IMG/VR virus record: IMGVR_UViG_3300037087_000760
Span: 146,984 to 210,983 of that record
Reading direction: 5' to 3' (one strand)
DNA length: 64,000 nt
Each line of letters begins with the position of its first letter. The first letter of the stretch is position 1. The position numbers and the translations under genes are program-made. The notes beneath the pieces were generated by a model. It did not search any database and was not told the origin of the DNA. It worked only from the letters and a program-made list of their open reading frames with translations. Of the stretch, positions 28,138 to 39,503 are shown piece by piece.

Positions 28138-29122
28138 ATGATGTATTTATCTTTTCTTTCTATCTGGTTGATCATATGGAATGACATATCCAATCTTATT
28201 CTTATCATCATATACACCGAATACGAATCCGAATTGCTTTATCATATCTAAATATGGAATATGCTGATTCTTTTCATCATTTACCCAAGAATGTCCACAA
28301 CTAAAAAATCTACAATTTTGGATAGCCTTATCATATTCTTCTTTACTATGAACGACTGTAACCTGTGGATGCTTTTTTAAATGTTCCTCGGCTATTTTAT
28401 AACCATAAATATCACTTTCAACTCTTAATTCTGGATGTTCGTTTGTTCCGATTTCAGGAAATTCGAGTAATCCCGGCATTGGTTTTTGACCCAACATTAA
28501 ATCTTCATTTGTTTCATCCTCTAAATCAAAAACAACATCATATAATAATTCTCTGACATATTCTATTTCTTTTGGATATAAATAAGTTCTGTATTTAAAA
28601 AGAACTTGTCTTACAATCTTTTTGAATTTATTATAATCATCATCATTCATTATCATAGCCCCAATATATGGCTGAATTTGTGGATCTTGTTTAATTCTTT
28701 CAAACCATTTTTTGGCTCTTTCGTAGGTGAAAACAGGTTCATCTTCAAATCTTTCATTAACAAATTCTTGAAACTTTTTCATGATGTTGTTTTTTATTGA
28801 TATATATAAAATAAAAAAACCGGATGTTATCCGGCTCAAATGTAAAGATCATATATTAATAACATATGATCTCTAAAATTTTCTCGATCCACACTATCAC
28901 CAGCAAATTCGTGTTTCTTGATATATTTATTATACCATCCATTAAATAAATCATTAACCATTTTTCGAGTTAATTGATTTCGGAAAATATCACTATGAAC
29001 TTTCCCTTTACAATAAAACTCACATACATAATCAATAAACTCTTTTTTCATTTCTGGTGAAAGATCTGAATTTTCATTTAAAGACTGAGAGAAAGATTCA
29101 AAAGTTTTTAAGTTTTTCATTC

Positions 29123-30208
29123 TTATTTTTTCTTCTTTTTTTCTTCTGGTATTGATGGTGGAAAATATTCCAATAACCAAGAATCTAAATTATCAGCAGA
29201 TGGTTTATAATTATGTTTTGAATATAAATGACGAACCTTATCGAATTCATCATCAGTTACTTTTGTTCCACAATCTGTACATTCAACTGTCTTGGCTGGT
29301 TTTGGAACTGAATTTTCAACAAGTTCATCTTCAATATTGATATCAATATCATCAATATTTATATCTTCTTCGATAGTATCTGGTTTTATATGAAGTCTAT
29401 TCATTATAAAATCTGAAAATTTTTCTATCTTAATTTCTTTTTTTTCACCAATATCATCACTATCATGATTTCTTCCGAGATATTCTTCTTCTGGTTCACC
29501 ATTTATCATCAAAATAACATCCTCACCAGCAGCTCTTCCGTGTCCTGATTTAGATTGTTCCACATATTCTTGATATGTTTTTCTTGCCTCTTCTTCTGTA
29601 TCACAAGGAATATTACCGATGTTTCCTACATTTACAATGAATTCATCTGGAACAATCACTTTTTCTTCGATAGGTTTTTCAACTGATTCTAAGATTTCAT
29701 CTTCTTCAACTTCCTTAATAGCCTTAACGGTATTAGCCGCGAAATTTTCCCATTTCTTTTCCCAAAGTTGTTTTTCCTCAGACTTTTTTTCATTCAGGTT
29801 TAATATTTTACTTAAAAGATCTTTATCGGTTTCATTTAATTCTGGTTGTTTTACTTCCTCTACATTAATAGTAGATTCATAAGTTTTTTCTGCATCCTTC
29901 TTTTCTTTCTTATAAGCTTTATGAAACTCTTTTAAAAATTCGGGTAATGAATATTCTTTGATTTCTTTACTCAATCTATCTTCTACATAAACGATACTAT
30001 CTTTTACACTTTTGATTATACCATCTATCTTATCGGTTGTAATTTGGCGACCTCTAATACCTAAATTATCAAGAGGATCTAAATCACCCCTATTGATGGT
30101 CTGTCTTGGAGATGGTTTGATAAATAAATCAGTATCACCACCAACACCCTTACCTTTATTTTCGGTACTTTCTTTCATGAAATCTTCAAATTTTTTAATA
30201 TTCTTCAT
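29123..30208 (-). CDS. Acidic tagged protein, likely head-associated
   Basis: MKNIKKFEDFMKES start, internal KIEKFSDF. Confidence 0.55.
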   Translation of the reverse strand: MKNIKKFEDFMKESTENKGKGVGGDTDLFIKPSPRQTINRGDLDPLDNLGIRGRQITTDKIDGIIKSVKDSIVYVEDRLSKEIKEYSLPEFLKEFHKAYKKEKKDAEKTYESTINVEEVKQPELNETDKDLLSKILNLNEKKSEEKQLWEKKWENFAANTVKAIKEVEEDEILESVEKPIEEKVIVPDEFIVNVGNIGNIPCDTEEEARKTYQEYVEQSKSGHGRAAGEDVILMINGEPEEEYLGRNHDSDDIGEKKEIKIEKFSDFIMNRLHIKPDTIEEDINIDDIDINIEDELVENSVPKPAKTVECTDCGTKVTDDEFDKVRHLYSKHNYKPSADNLDSWLLEYFPPSIPEEKKKKK

Positions 30209-31041
30209 TTTGTTATTCTTTCTTTTTAGACTATATATTGAAATAATTAGTCCTCATCTTCCCACTTATATCCCCTTTTTCGTGTAATTTTTAATATCAT
30301 CTATCCAAGTTTGGATTTTCCCCTCATCTTCGGTTGCATCTGCTGCCTCTTGAAGCCTTCTCAATAAAATATCAACCTCTGATTTATGAAAATTGAAAAC
30401 ATATCTATGACCATTTTTAAAAAAATTTGATTTTACAAAACCTTCTAAATGAGAATCAATTCCTTTATTAATCATATCTTTAAACAACTTAAAATCATCA
30501 GATCCGATGGGAGTTGTTATTTCCATGAACTCACTTTCGTTCTCTTTTTCTTCTTTTATAAAATCTTTAAATCTTTTCATTATTTATAATGACTTATTTT
30601 ACCAGTTAAAGCATTTCTTCCACCAGATGATTTCATAGATTTATTTTTTCCTGATTTCTTTCCCAACTTTTTAATTTTCTTTACTGTCGAACTTCTTGGT
30701 AAAGCTGGTGAATTTGGTGATCCCGTGCCGATGCAGCTACATCTCCACTTCCACCTCCACCACCTCCGGCACATTCTTGAACACCCTCTTCTTCTCTTTC
30801 AATAATTAATCGAAATGGGACACCCATGTATTTAAAAGTGATTTCCGCTGTTTCCATATCCAGAGTATTATCTTCTACCTGAGAAGTACTAAATGTATCT
30901 CCACCATTATTCATGATAGTGTCGTAAATCAATTCTATCATTTTTAATTTACTGATAGGATCATCATTACGATAATCATTATCTGTCAATTTCTCAACTA
31001 ATTCTTCGAATGTTTTCAAATATTTCAGCTTCGTATTCATA

Positions 31042-31578
31042 TTATTTTAATCTTTTATGTTGTTCAGGATCACCTAATAAACCAAGTGATCTTAAATGTT
31101 TACAGGAACGAACTCCATTTCTTGCATTTCTCCATCCCGGACAATCACAACCCCACTCACCAGTTTTTTTATTCTGTGCAACTGTGTAAACTCTATCACT
31201 GGTTTCTGATTCGATTTCAAATCTATTTGTCCATAGAGCATTATCATCTAATTTATGTTTACCTCTTAAAGATGCTGGTACTGGATAGTTATGTTCATGT
31301 TCTTCATCGTGCTCTTTCACGATGTCTAAACCAACCTCAGTACGCTTTGTTTTCTTTTGATCTTCGGGTTCCCATTCCTTTTCAAAATTTTCGAAATCCA
31401 AGAGATTATTTAATTTTTTGTCAATGCCACCTTTTAAATCAGAAACTGCGATTCCCGGTTCATTTTCTTCCTTAACAATGTCTAAACCAACTTCAGTTCT
31501 TTTGGTTTTCTTTTGTTCTTCGGGTTTCCAATCTTTTGAAAATTCATCGAAGTTTAATAAATTGTTGAGCTTTTCCAT
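31042..31578 (-). CDS. Repeat-module protein with C-terminal SWIM zinc finger
   Basis: Two KLNNLL.F..F...W.PE.QKKTKRTEVGLDIVKE repeats; CDCPGW...CKH. Confidence 0.75.
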   Translation of the reverse strand: MEKLNNLLNFDEFSKDWKPEEQKKTKRTEVGLDIVKEENEPGIAVSDLKGGIDKKLNNLLDFENFEKEWEPEDQKKTKRTEVGLDIVKEHDEEHEHNYPVPASLRGKHKLDDNALWTNRFEIESETSDRVYTVAQNKKTGEWGCDCPGWRNARNGVRSCKHLRSLGLLGDPEQHKRLK

Positions 31579-33237
31579 TTTTTATTTTTTATTTTTTAAC
31601 AACTTCTAAACCACTCGTATTGGTATCAGTTGATTTAGGCATTTTCTTTGGGTCTTTTTCTGGGATATCAGTTGGTACTGGTTTTTTATCATCATCCACA
31701 GTATAACCTAAACTCTTTCGAGCATCATTTTTAACAAAATCTTCATAAGAACAAATATATCTATCAATTGGATTATCCCACCAGAATAAATTATTTTGTT
31801 GATGTTTTTTTAAATCAGAAATTACCCTATCACCAATATCAGAATGCATCGTTTTGGTTTCTGGACCAATTTTTACTTCTTGATTCCCCATGATTTCTGC
31901 ACGAATTCTTTTCAACTGATCAACAGTTGATTGTCTTGGTAAACTTTCATACAATTTATCTCTAAATATGCTAAATTTTGCAATCATATGGGTATATATT
32001 AATTTTTTAAATCAAATATTCGTAATCTATTCTATCAGTAGTATCTATATCAAATCCAGTAACAACACTAATCCAAAATAAGATATCACCAATTTGAACA
32101 TCTCCATCATTCACTCTTGCTTGAGATGGATCTCCATTAGCTGACACTGAAGTGAAATAAGTTCCTATTTTTCCCCAAGGTCCATCTGGAATACCAGCAT
32201 ATACTTGACCTCCAGAATTAACGATAATCTTAACTCTCGATTTTGGTTTTTGTAAAACTGGAGCATTTCCGTACAAAGCAGGTGTTCCACCACTAACAAA
32301 CATAGGTGTAATACCTGATGTTGATTGACAAATCATTTGAATGTTCAATGTATTAAATGTAGGTCTTTCTCCTTCCACCATTTCACCAGTTTGAACAAGT
32401 AATGTTTTTCTTATAGATTCTAATTTATCCAATGCAAGTTGGGCCGTTTCACGAGAATCGAAACTCAACATAATATCATTTCGATTAGTAATTTTGATAA
32501 CCACACAATTATTCTTAACAAACCAATGAGATAAATCCAGAATAATACTATATCTGAAATTCCCATCCTTATCCACTATAATTATTCTGGTTGTATCTCC
32601 ATTTGGAATTGAAACAAAATTCTCTAATTTGTAATTGTATGTCATTCTTTTTTATTTTTTAATTTTTTATTTCATCATCGGAATAATTTCACTATCTTCC
32701 CCTACTGTTGATACTATTTGCCATCCCATCTTTAACCAAGATTTTAACTCCGCTTCCAATTCTTCCACTTCTTTTAATACATCTTTTAATTCATATTCAC
32801 CAACTGGTAATCTTAAATAAGTGGAATTAAATCTCAAACCTTCATTAATAGATTTGGACTCTTTTATAATGTCTTTAAATCTTTTTACTTTATAACTCTC
32901 TTTATGTATATCTGAATCACTACTTCTATGATTCTGATGTGGTTTAAATCCCATTTCGAAATCCAAAATTCTGGCATATTTATTAAATAACATTTTTTCA
33001 TCACCCTCTAAATATTTCCAAAGTTCATCGTCATAAGCGTCCATTCCACCAATAGAACCTTCGTGCCCACTTCCATGTAAATCATCATTCAATAACTTTA
33101 GAGCTTTTCTTCTAAGTTCTCTATATTTTATTCTGAGTTCGTCTTTATCGAAACTTTTGAGTTTAAGATATTCATCATAATACTCTTTATCCCTTTTGAA
33201 AAATTCATCATCTATCATATTCATTTAATTATTTTTA

Positions 33238-34431
33238 TTAAACACTAATATAAACCGTTACCCATGTTGTACTGTTTGCCCAATAACCAGTTATCCATTG
33301 TCCACCAACATATGTGGCTATAACTATATATTTTTGTTCTGTCCTGAAATTATTTGCTAAATCGTTTATTTCAAAATACACATCATAAATTCCAATATCT
33401 GTCATTCCAGTTATTGGAACTAAATCATTATACCCATATATCGTGATAACAGAATCATATTTACTAATTATTCCATCTACATTATCTGTTATTCCAGAAA
33501 TAAATATATCTTGAAGATTAATTGAATTATATGTTGTTCCACTTGTAAGAATAAAAGCGGTTGTTGAACCACTGGTGATTCCAGTTGTTACCCCAGAAAG
33601 AACAGGATTCCATGTAAAAACAGGTGGAGTAGTATCAATTGGAGGATTATTAATAGTTAAGTTTCTATATCTTTCAGATCTCAATACCCAATTTATTCTA
33701 CTATTTGCTTGGTCTGTATTAAATTCACTTAGGAATTGCAATTTCACTTTTTCTTCTGTATCTAAACCAATCAATAATGTCAAAGCATCAATTTTTTCAA
33801 TGGTTCTGATATTAGCATATGGTATATAAATTAATGAATTACCATCTATATCAATAACTTTTAATTCGGTAGAACCAGTTGAGGTTGGGATTGTATAATT
33901 AACATAATCAGATATAATTGAATTGTAATAAAGTCCACTGAAGAAACTTGTTCTTTTGAATTGATCAGGATTTGATAGTGAACTTTGTCCAAGGTTTGCC
34001 ATAAGTATTTCCAAAACCACTTTGTTCTTCGTTGATTTATTATTGAAATAAATTTGTGGAATTCTTTTAGCACTATTACCAGTTAAAACTAACATTTGAC
34101 CCATTGTTCTTATTTGAGTTGGATCATCAGCGTAATAATATTCTATGTATTGTTCGGTTTCTTGAACCCACATCGGATCTATTGGAGTATATTTTGCTCT
34201 AACCATTAAAAAAGTTATATTATTACCCAAGAATCCATATAAAAGTGGTTGATCAGAAGATTCAGGATTTAATATCATTTGAGCCAGATTAAAATTTTCA
34301 TAATGAAACTCTAATCCCTCTAAATTTAATTTACCTTTTAAGTTAGGTCCTTCTACCACAATCATTGCACATTCATAAGGTCTAATAATCTTATCAGCGG
34401 CGTAGAACATATTTGGTTGTATATATGGCAT
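33238..34431 (-). CDS. Putative virion structural protein
   Basis: S/G/T-rich, DTTPPV Ig-like segment. Confidence 0.5.
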   Translation of the reverse strand: MPYIQPNMFYAADKIIRPYECAMIVVEGPNLKGKLNLEGLEFHYENFNLAQMILNPESSDQPLLYGFLGNNITFLMVRAKYTPIDPMWVQETEQYIEYYYADDPTQIRTMGQMLVLTGNSAKRIPQIYFNNKSTKNKVVLEILMANLGQSSLSNPDQFKRTSFFSGLYYNSIISDYVNYTIPTSTGSTELKVIDIDGNSLIYIPYANIRTIEKIDALTLLIGLDTEEKVKLQFLSEFNTDQANSRINWVLRSERYRNLTINNPPIDTTPPVFTWNPVLSGVTTGITSGSTTAFILTSGTTYNSINLQDIFISGITDNVDGIISKYDSVITIYGYNDLVPITGMTDIGIYDVYFEINDLANNFRTEQKYIVIATYVGGQWITGYWANSTTWVTVYISV

Positions 34432-34442
34432 TTTATTTTAAT

Positions 34443-34832
34443 TTATTTTTTATTTGGATTTTTTTGGGCCCATTCAACTCCAGCTTTAAAAGTATCTACT
34501 ATCATATGTTCTAAATAAGTTGGATGCATTTCTTTCATATCCGGTCCCGTCTCTTTTCTCACATGATTAATTTGAACATTATCAACTAATAAATCTTTAC
34601 AATAATTCCAAGCAGCTCCCTGTGAATTTCCAGCTGATAGAGTTTCTGGTGTTAATTCTTCTTTAATTACATCAAGACCAGTTTCAGTCCTCTTAGTCTT
34701 TTTTTGTTCTTCTGGATTCCATGTTTTTTCGAAATCTTCAAAATCCATAAGATTGTTCAATTTTTTATCAGAACCAGCTTTCATTTGAGAAACTTCGATT
34801 CCCGGTTCATTACACTCATTCTTTATTTTCAT
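34443..34832 (-). CDS. Paralog carrying one copy of the 31042-31578 repeat module
   Basis: NEPGI.VS..K.G.DKKLNNL...KKTKRTE.GLD.IKE. Confidence 0.7.
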   Translation of the reverse strand: MKIKNECNEPGIEVSQMKAGSDKKLNNLMDFEDFEKTWNPEEQKKTKRTETGLDVIKEELTPETLSAGNSQGAAWNYCKDLLVDNVQINHVRKETGPDMKEMHPTYLEHMIVDTFKAGVEWAQKNPNKK

Positions 34833-35503
34833 TTTTATTTTAATTTATTTTTGATCACCGAATAAAACATTATCTATAAGTGGATTATACGGATGAAAGT
34901 TTACATCAATAATTGTTTCTCCTTTATATATATTTCCAATTAAATACTTTAATTTAGCCTTTTCAAATTGTCCCTTTGTATTCAATAGTATTCTGATACT
35001 TCCAAATCTGATATCAAATGGTTTATCGGGATGATTTGTCGAAAATTCTTTCTTAGTTCTGTCTGTAACTATTAAGCAAACCCATTTCTTTCCTATCTTT
35101 CTTCGTATCTTTTGATACTCTTTTGCATATGCAGTCATCTTAGGCTTTTTCGGTTTCTTCAATTTCTTTTTTTCTAATAAGAATTCATCAAATCTTAATA
35201 TTATCATATTCGTATAATTTTATTTTCCCCAATCTTTTCCCTCAGGTGAAATTTTTACCAGTTCTTTAATTCTTGTTATTGCTTTATCAAAACAATCAAA
35301 GAGCTCATCGTCACCTACTAAATTATAGAGTTCACCCTTTAAAGATTCTATTGTTTTAATATAAGACTTAGCCACTTTTTGTTCTTCTGGATTTTTGGGT
35401 AATGCCCATGTTCCTTCATTAACAAACTCATTAAATTTCTTCATTTTCATGGATTTTGATTTCTTTTCTTTAATATATATTAAAAAACTAAAATACTTTT
35501 TCA

Positions 35504-37972
35504 ATGAATTATCTTCTTAGTAAAAAATATGATGGAACATTCACTATTAACTTTATCGGAACTGAAATGTTAAGCCAAACAGGTAATACTTTGAAATTGG
35601 TTACTACAGCTCCAATTAGTGGAATAAAGGATATATATCTAACAGGGGCAACGATTGATGGGTCTAATAGTTATCAATATTTGAAGATATTCTTTAAATA
35701 TAAAAATATACCAGATATAAATGATCTAAAATGTGGAGATTGTTGGAGTGATTTAATACCGATTGAACAAATAACAGGTATAACTTTCAGTGAAAGTGTT
35801 CCTTTTAACATCGAATTATACATATATCGAATTGATGATGGTCCTTTTGATAGTTTTCATCCGAGATCGTCCATTTACATTTCAAACATAACTTTATATG
35901 GTGATTACGATTTGAATTATACTGATGGGGCATTTACCATAAGTGGAACAACAGAATCAATCATTCTAAAACCAAAAGATATCTATAAAGTATTTTCAGT
36001 ATCAGATTTTCAAGTTATCGGAAATTTAAATATTTCAAACCTTGATATTAAATGGCGTGTTACACAAACTGATGGAAGAACATTCTCACAATGGGAGCCA
36101 TTAACAAAAGAAAATATATCTTCATATAAATTCAATGAATTGAGATTTGCACAGGTTCAATATCTTATAACTCCACTAACCAATGATCCTGAACCAGCAA
36201 ATATTTACGATATTATATTAATCGGTGATTTTCAGAATGTATCGGCCAATTATTTAAAAACTAATAAATATGGATTAAGAGAAGATTGTTTAACAACATA
36301 TTTACAAGCAACTGGAACAACACAAATTTGTGGCTTGAATGTACAATCAACTGATCCGAATGATCCTTCAAATTGGAATACAGTAAAACCAGCCAATGCA
36401 CCTCTTAGTGATCGTGAATTAAACTTGAATGCTTATACACAAGGATTGAGTTGTTATAGTAATCCAGACGCTAATGTGGAGGGTGCTTTAACGGCTGAAA
36501 ATACAGCCAACTCTTCTACTTTTTGGCAACCGTATAATATAGATGCAATAACGGCCTATTATAATTCATTAGCCAATCAAGTAAGTCAATTATTTGGATG
36601 GAATGTTGACTACCACTTGACAGATCCAGATAGAAATGGTATAGATTATATCTTACACGAATACCAGTTGAAGAATATTATTGATGTAAAAACTATAAGA
36701 GTAATTGTTCCAGAAAATAAATTTCCAGAAAATCAACCAAGAGCAAATACGGTTTATTTAGATTTATTTGACAAATTCGAAATTCATATATTAAAAGATG
36801 AATTCAAAAGTAAATTCGGTGTTCATCGCCGTCCAAGTGAAGATGATATTATCTTTTTCTGTCCTTTAAATAGGTTATATTATGTTTCAAGTTCAAATGT
36901 ATACAGAGATGTTATGAACGCTGGAATATATTATAAAGTCATGTTAGAAAAATACGAACAGAAAGCCAATATTCTTAATCTTTCCGCTGAAAGTAAAGCC
37001 AAATTGGGAGATCTTACAAGAAGTACAACAATGGAAGAATTATTTGGTCAGGAAATTAAAGAAGATTCCGACAAAATAGCAAATAAAGATCAATTCAAAC
37101 CATTTACCTTCGATGTAATGAGATATATTGTGAATAATAAGGTAATTCGTGTAAAGCAAGACATTTGGAATGGGAATATAAACTATGCGGTGAATTATTA
37201 TAACTTTAAAGATGCCATCAGTAAACAATGTGTTTTATACAAAAAAACAGATAACTCAGTTAAGGTATCAGATAACAGAAGTTTCACTTTATGGTTTAAT
37301 TTTAATAATGGTTGGGATGCTTTGAATCCAGCCAGAAATGCTTGGAAACAATATGACATAGACCAGACTACTAATTTCCAATTGTTGAATAATTTTGATG
37401 AAACAAATAAATTGGGATATAGAATTTGGTATTTCAAAAAAGATATCAATTTCCAAATCAACAATTCATTTTATAAATTACAAAATCTGTCATTACTAAC
37501 AAATATTTGGTATGGATTAGTTGTCATGTTAGATAACAGACAAAGAGTAGTTGAATTGAAATTATACCAGAGAGATAATGATTATGATATTACTTTCATT
37601 GAACCTAACAGTTATCAGGTCGAAACTATTTCTTGGATGGATACAACTGGTTATACTTCATTAATAAGTAGTGGGTTTAAACCAGTTAATAATACAGAAC
37701 TTCATTCAGTAAATACAACATTCAAGACGATAAACGAAACATTTTATGATGGATTTGATCCATTTAGTTTTGATCATGATGTTGATATTCAAATTTTGGG
37801 AAGTAATATAAAATATACGAATCTCAGAATATTTAACGATGTTATTCCTACTGATGAAATTAATAATACATTGAATGAAAATATTATCAGGAATGCCGAT
37901 AAGTTGATATTGGCAGATAATGCGGATAAGAATATTTACGCTGAAAACTTTGTAAATCTTAATTGGGTGTAA
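35504..37972 (+). CDS. Putative virion protein (neck/head-closure-like central domain, LamG-like C-terminus)
   Basis: FGWNVDY..DYILHEY, RPSEDDIIF; SFTLWF..W..LRIFN. Confidence 0.5.
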   Translation: MNYLLSKKYDGTFTINFIGTEMLSQTGNTLKLVTTAPISGIKDIYLTGATIDGSNSYQYLKIFFKYKNIPDINDLKCGDCWSDLIPIEQITGITFSESVPFNIELYIYRIDDGPFDSFHPRSSIYISNITLYGDYDLNYTDGAFTISGTTESIILKPKDIYKVFSVSDFQVIGNLNISNLDIKWRVTQTDGRTFSQWEPLTKENISSYKFNELRFAQVQYLITPLTNDPEPANIYDIILIGDFQNVSANYLKTNKYGLREDCLTTYLQATGTTQICGLNVQSTDPNDPSNWNTVKPANAPLSDRELNLNAYTQGLSCYSNPDANVEGALTAENTANSSTFWQPYNIDAITAYYNSLANQVSQLFGWNVDYHLTDPDRNGIDYILHEYQLKNIIDVKTIRVIVPENKFPENQPRANTVYLDLFDKFEIHILKDEFKSKFGVHRRPSEDDIIFFCPLNRLYYVSSSNVYRDVMNAGIYYKVMLEKYEQKANILNLSAESKAKLGDLTRSTTMEELFGQEIKEDSDKIANKDQFKPFTFDVMRYIVNNKVIRVKQDIWNGNINYAVNYYNFKDAISKQCVLYKKTDNSVKVSDNRSFTLWFNFNNGWDALNPARNAWKQYDIDQTTNFQLLNNFDETNKLGYRIWYFKKDINFQINNSFYKLQNLSLLTNIWYGLVVMLDNRQRVVELKLYQRDNDYDITFIEPNSYQVETISWMDTTGYTSLISSGFKPVNNTELHSVNTTFKTINETFYDGFDPFSFDHDVDIQILGSNIKYTNLRIFNDVIPTDEINNTLNENIIRNADKLILADNADKNIYAENFVNLNWV

Positions 37973-38003
37973 ACATTTTTCTTATTTTTTGATATAATAT
38001 ATT

Positions 38004-38810
38004 ATGATAAAGAAATTTAATGCCTATAAATCATTGACATTGAAATACATGATATTTGATTGGGATAACAACATTCTACATATGCCCACTCCAATTCATA
38101 TCGAAGTCTTAAAAAAAGGCAAATGGATTCCAAAAGATATACTACCAGAAGAATTTGCCAAAATAAGAACAAATGAAAATTGGAGAAACAGGAATAATGA
38201 TTTTGTATTGACATTTCAAGAATTTAGAGATACAGGGCCAAGGGGTAATAAATCTTTTCTCGAAGATGCTAAGAAATCTGTTTTGAGGGGTAATTTTGGT
38301 CCCTGTTTTCAAGATTTTATCAAAACATTAATCAATGGTAATATTTTTCTTATTATTACCGCTCGTGGTCATGAACCAGAAACAATAAAACATTTTGTTA
38401 AATGGCTGATTTGTAATTATTTGACTCCAGAACAAAGAATAAAAATGAAAAAAAATCTGGAGAAATTTCAAAAACTTTTTAATTCAAAAGATTCCACCAT
38501 TCATTCTTATTTGGATACTTGTGAGTTTATTGGTATTATGTCTCAATATTTTAGAAATAGATTTGGATTGGACTTTGAGAATACCCAAAATGTTGAAGAG
38601 GGTAAGGAATTGGCCATTGATTCATTCTTGATTAGATTACAAAATTTTGCCACTAAAATCGGAGCTAAATTAAAAGTAGGTTTCTCCGATGATGATGAAA
38701 ATACTGTAAGACATATGACAGATTTCTTTAAAGAGAAAGATCTTGATGTCGCTGTTGATTATTATATTTTCAATACTTCAAATAAGGGGAAAGAAAAAGT
38801 TAAGATATAA
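38004..38810 (+). CDS. HAD-superfamily hydrolase
   Basis: FDWDNNI, ITARGH, K, GFSDDD. Confidence 0.75.
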   Translation: MIKKFNAYKSLTLKYMIFDWDNNILHMPTPIHIEVLKKGKWIPKDILPEEFAKIRTNENWRNRNNDFVLTFQEFRDTGPRGNKSFLEDAKKSVLRGNFGPCFQDFIKTLINGNIFLIITARGHEPETIKHFVKWLICNYLTPEQRIKMKKNLEKFQKLFNSKDSTIHSYLDTCEFIGIMSQYFRNRFGLDFENTQNVEEGKELAIDSFLIRLQNFATKIGAKLKVGFSDDDENTVRHMTDFFKEKDLDVAVDYYIFNTSNKGKEKVKI

Positions 38811-39333
38811 CCTCTATTTTCAATATATCTGAATAAAAAGTATCAAACACTAATATTTCTTTTTCTGAATTATATTCAGACCATCCAGAGATTTGTGATC
38901 TGGTTATTGGATTTGTTATTAATTTTTTTTGTCTTTCAGTTATTTTATCCATAACCAAATCCAAAGATACTGGATATTTAACATCTTTTAAGTCTAAGGT
39001 ATATAAGTAAGAAAACATATCTTCCGAATCTGGTTCAATAAAACCCATGGCAATTTCCTTTTCGTATGACCAAGATATACCAGCGTTGTTCTTAGGTGAA
39101 AATCTAATTGGTTTCGTTATTTCATAATCTCTTGATTCTCCCCTATAAACTAAAGTATTTTTTGTCATTTCTTTAACTAAGTTATAACTTTCCTGAAACA
39201 AATTTGAAGGTATTTTGTTTACATCTTCAATAAACTTTATAGTTTGTTGTGCAAAGAAATCCATAAACCAGATGGCTAATTCATCTGGTATTGATTCTTT
39301 CATTCCCTCAAATACTTTAAAATTTACAATCAT
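38800..39333 (-). CDS. Tagged R-S-ExE type ADP-ribosyltransferase-like protein
   Basis: LVYRG, ISWS...A..F, SEKEILV. Confidence 0.7.
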   Translation of the reverse strand: MIVNFKVFEGMKESIPDELAIWFMDFFAQQTIKFIEDVNKIPSNLFQESYNLVKEMTKNTLVYRGESRDYEITKPIRFSPKNNAGISWSYEKEIAMGFIEPDSEDMFSYLYTLDLKDVKYPVSLDLVMDKITERQKKLITNPITRSQISGWSEYNSEKEILVFDTFYSDILKIEVIS

Positions 39334-39503
39334 AGATTTATATATTAAAATCCACAATTATTTTCTTATCGTCTGGACTGAATTCGATATTCACTGAATG
39401 AATATGATTTTTTAATTCCTCTGTTAATTCCAAAACTCTTTTCATTATTTTTGATTTAATCTGATCGTTGTTCATTTTATCTTTTTATTTTTATATATAG
39501 AAA

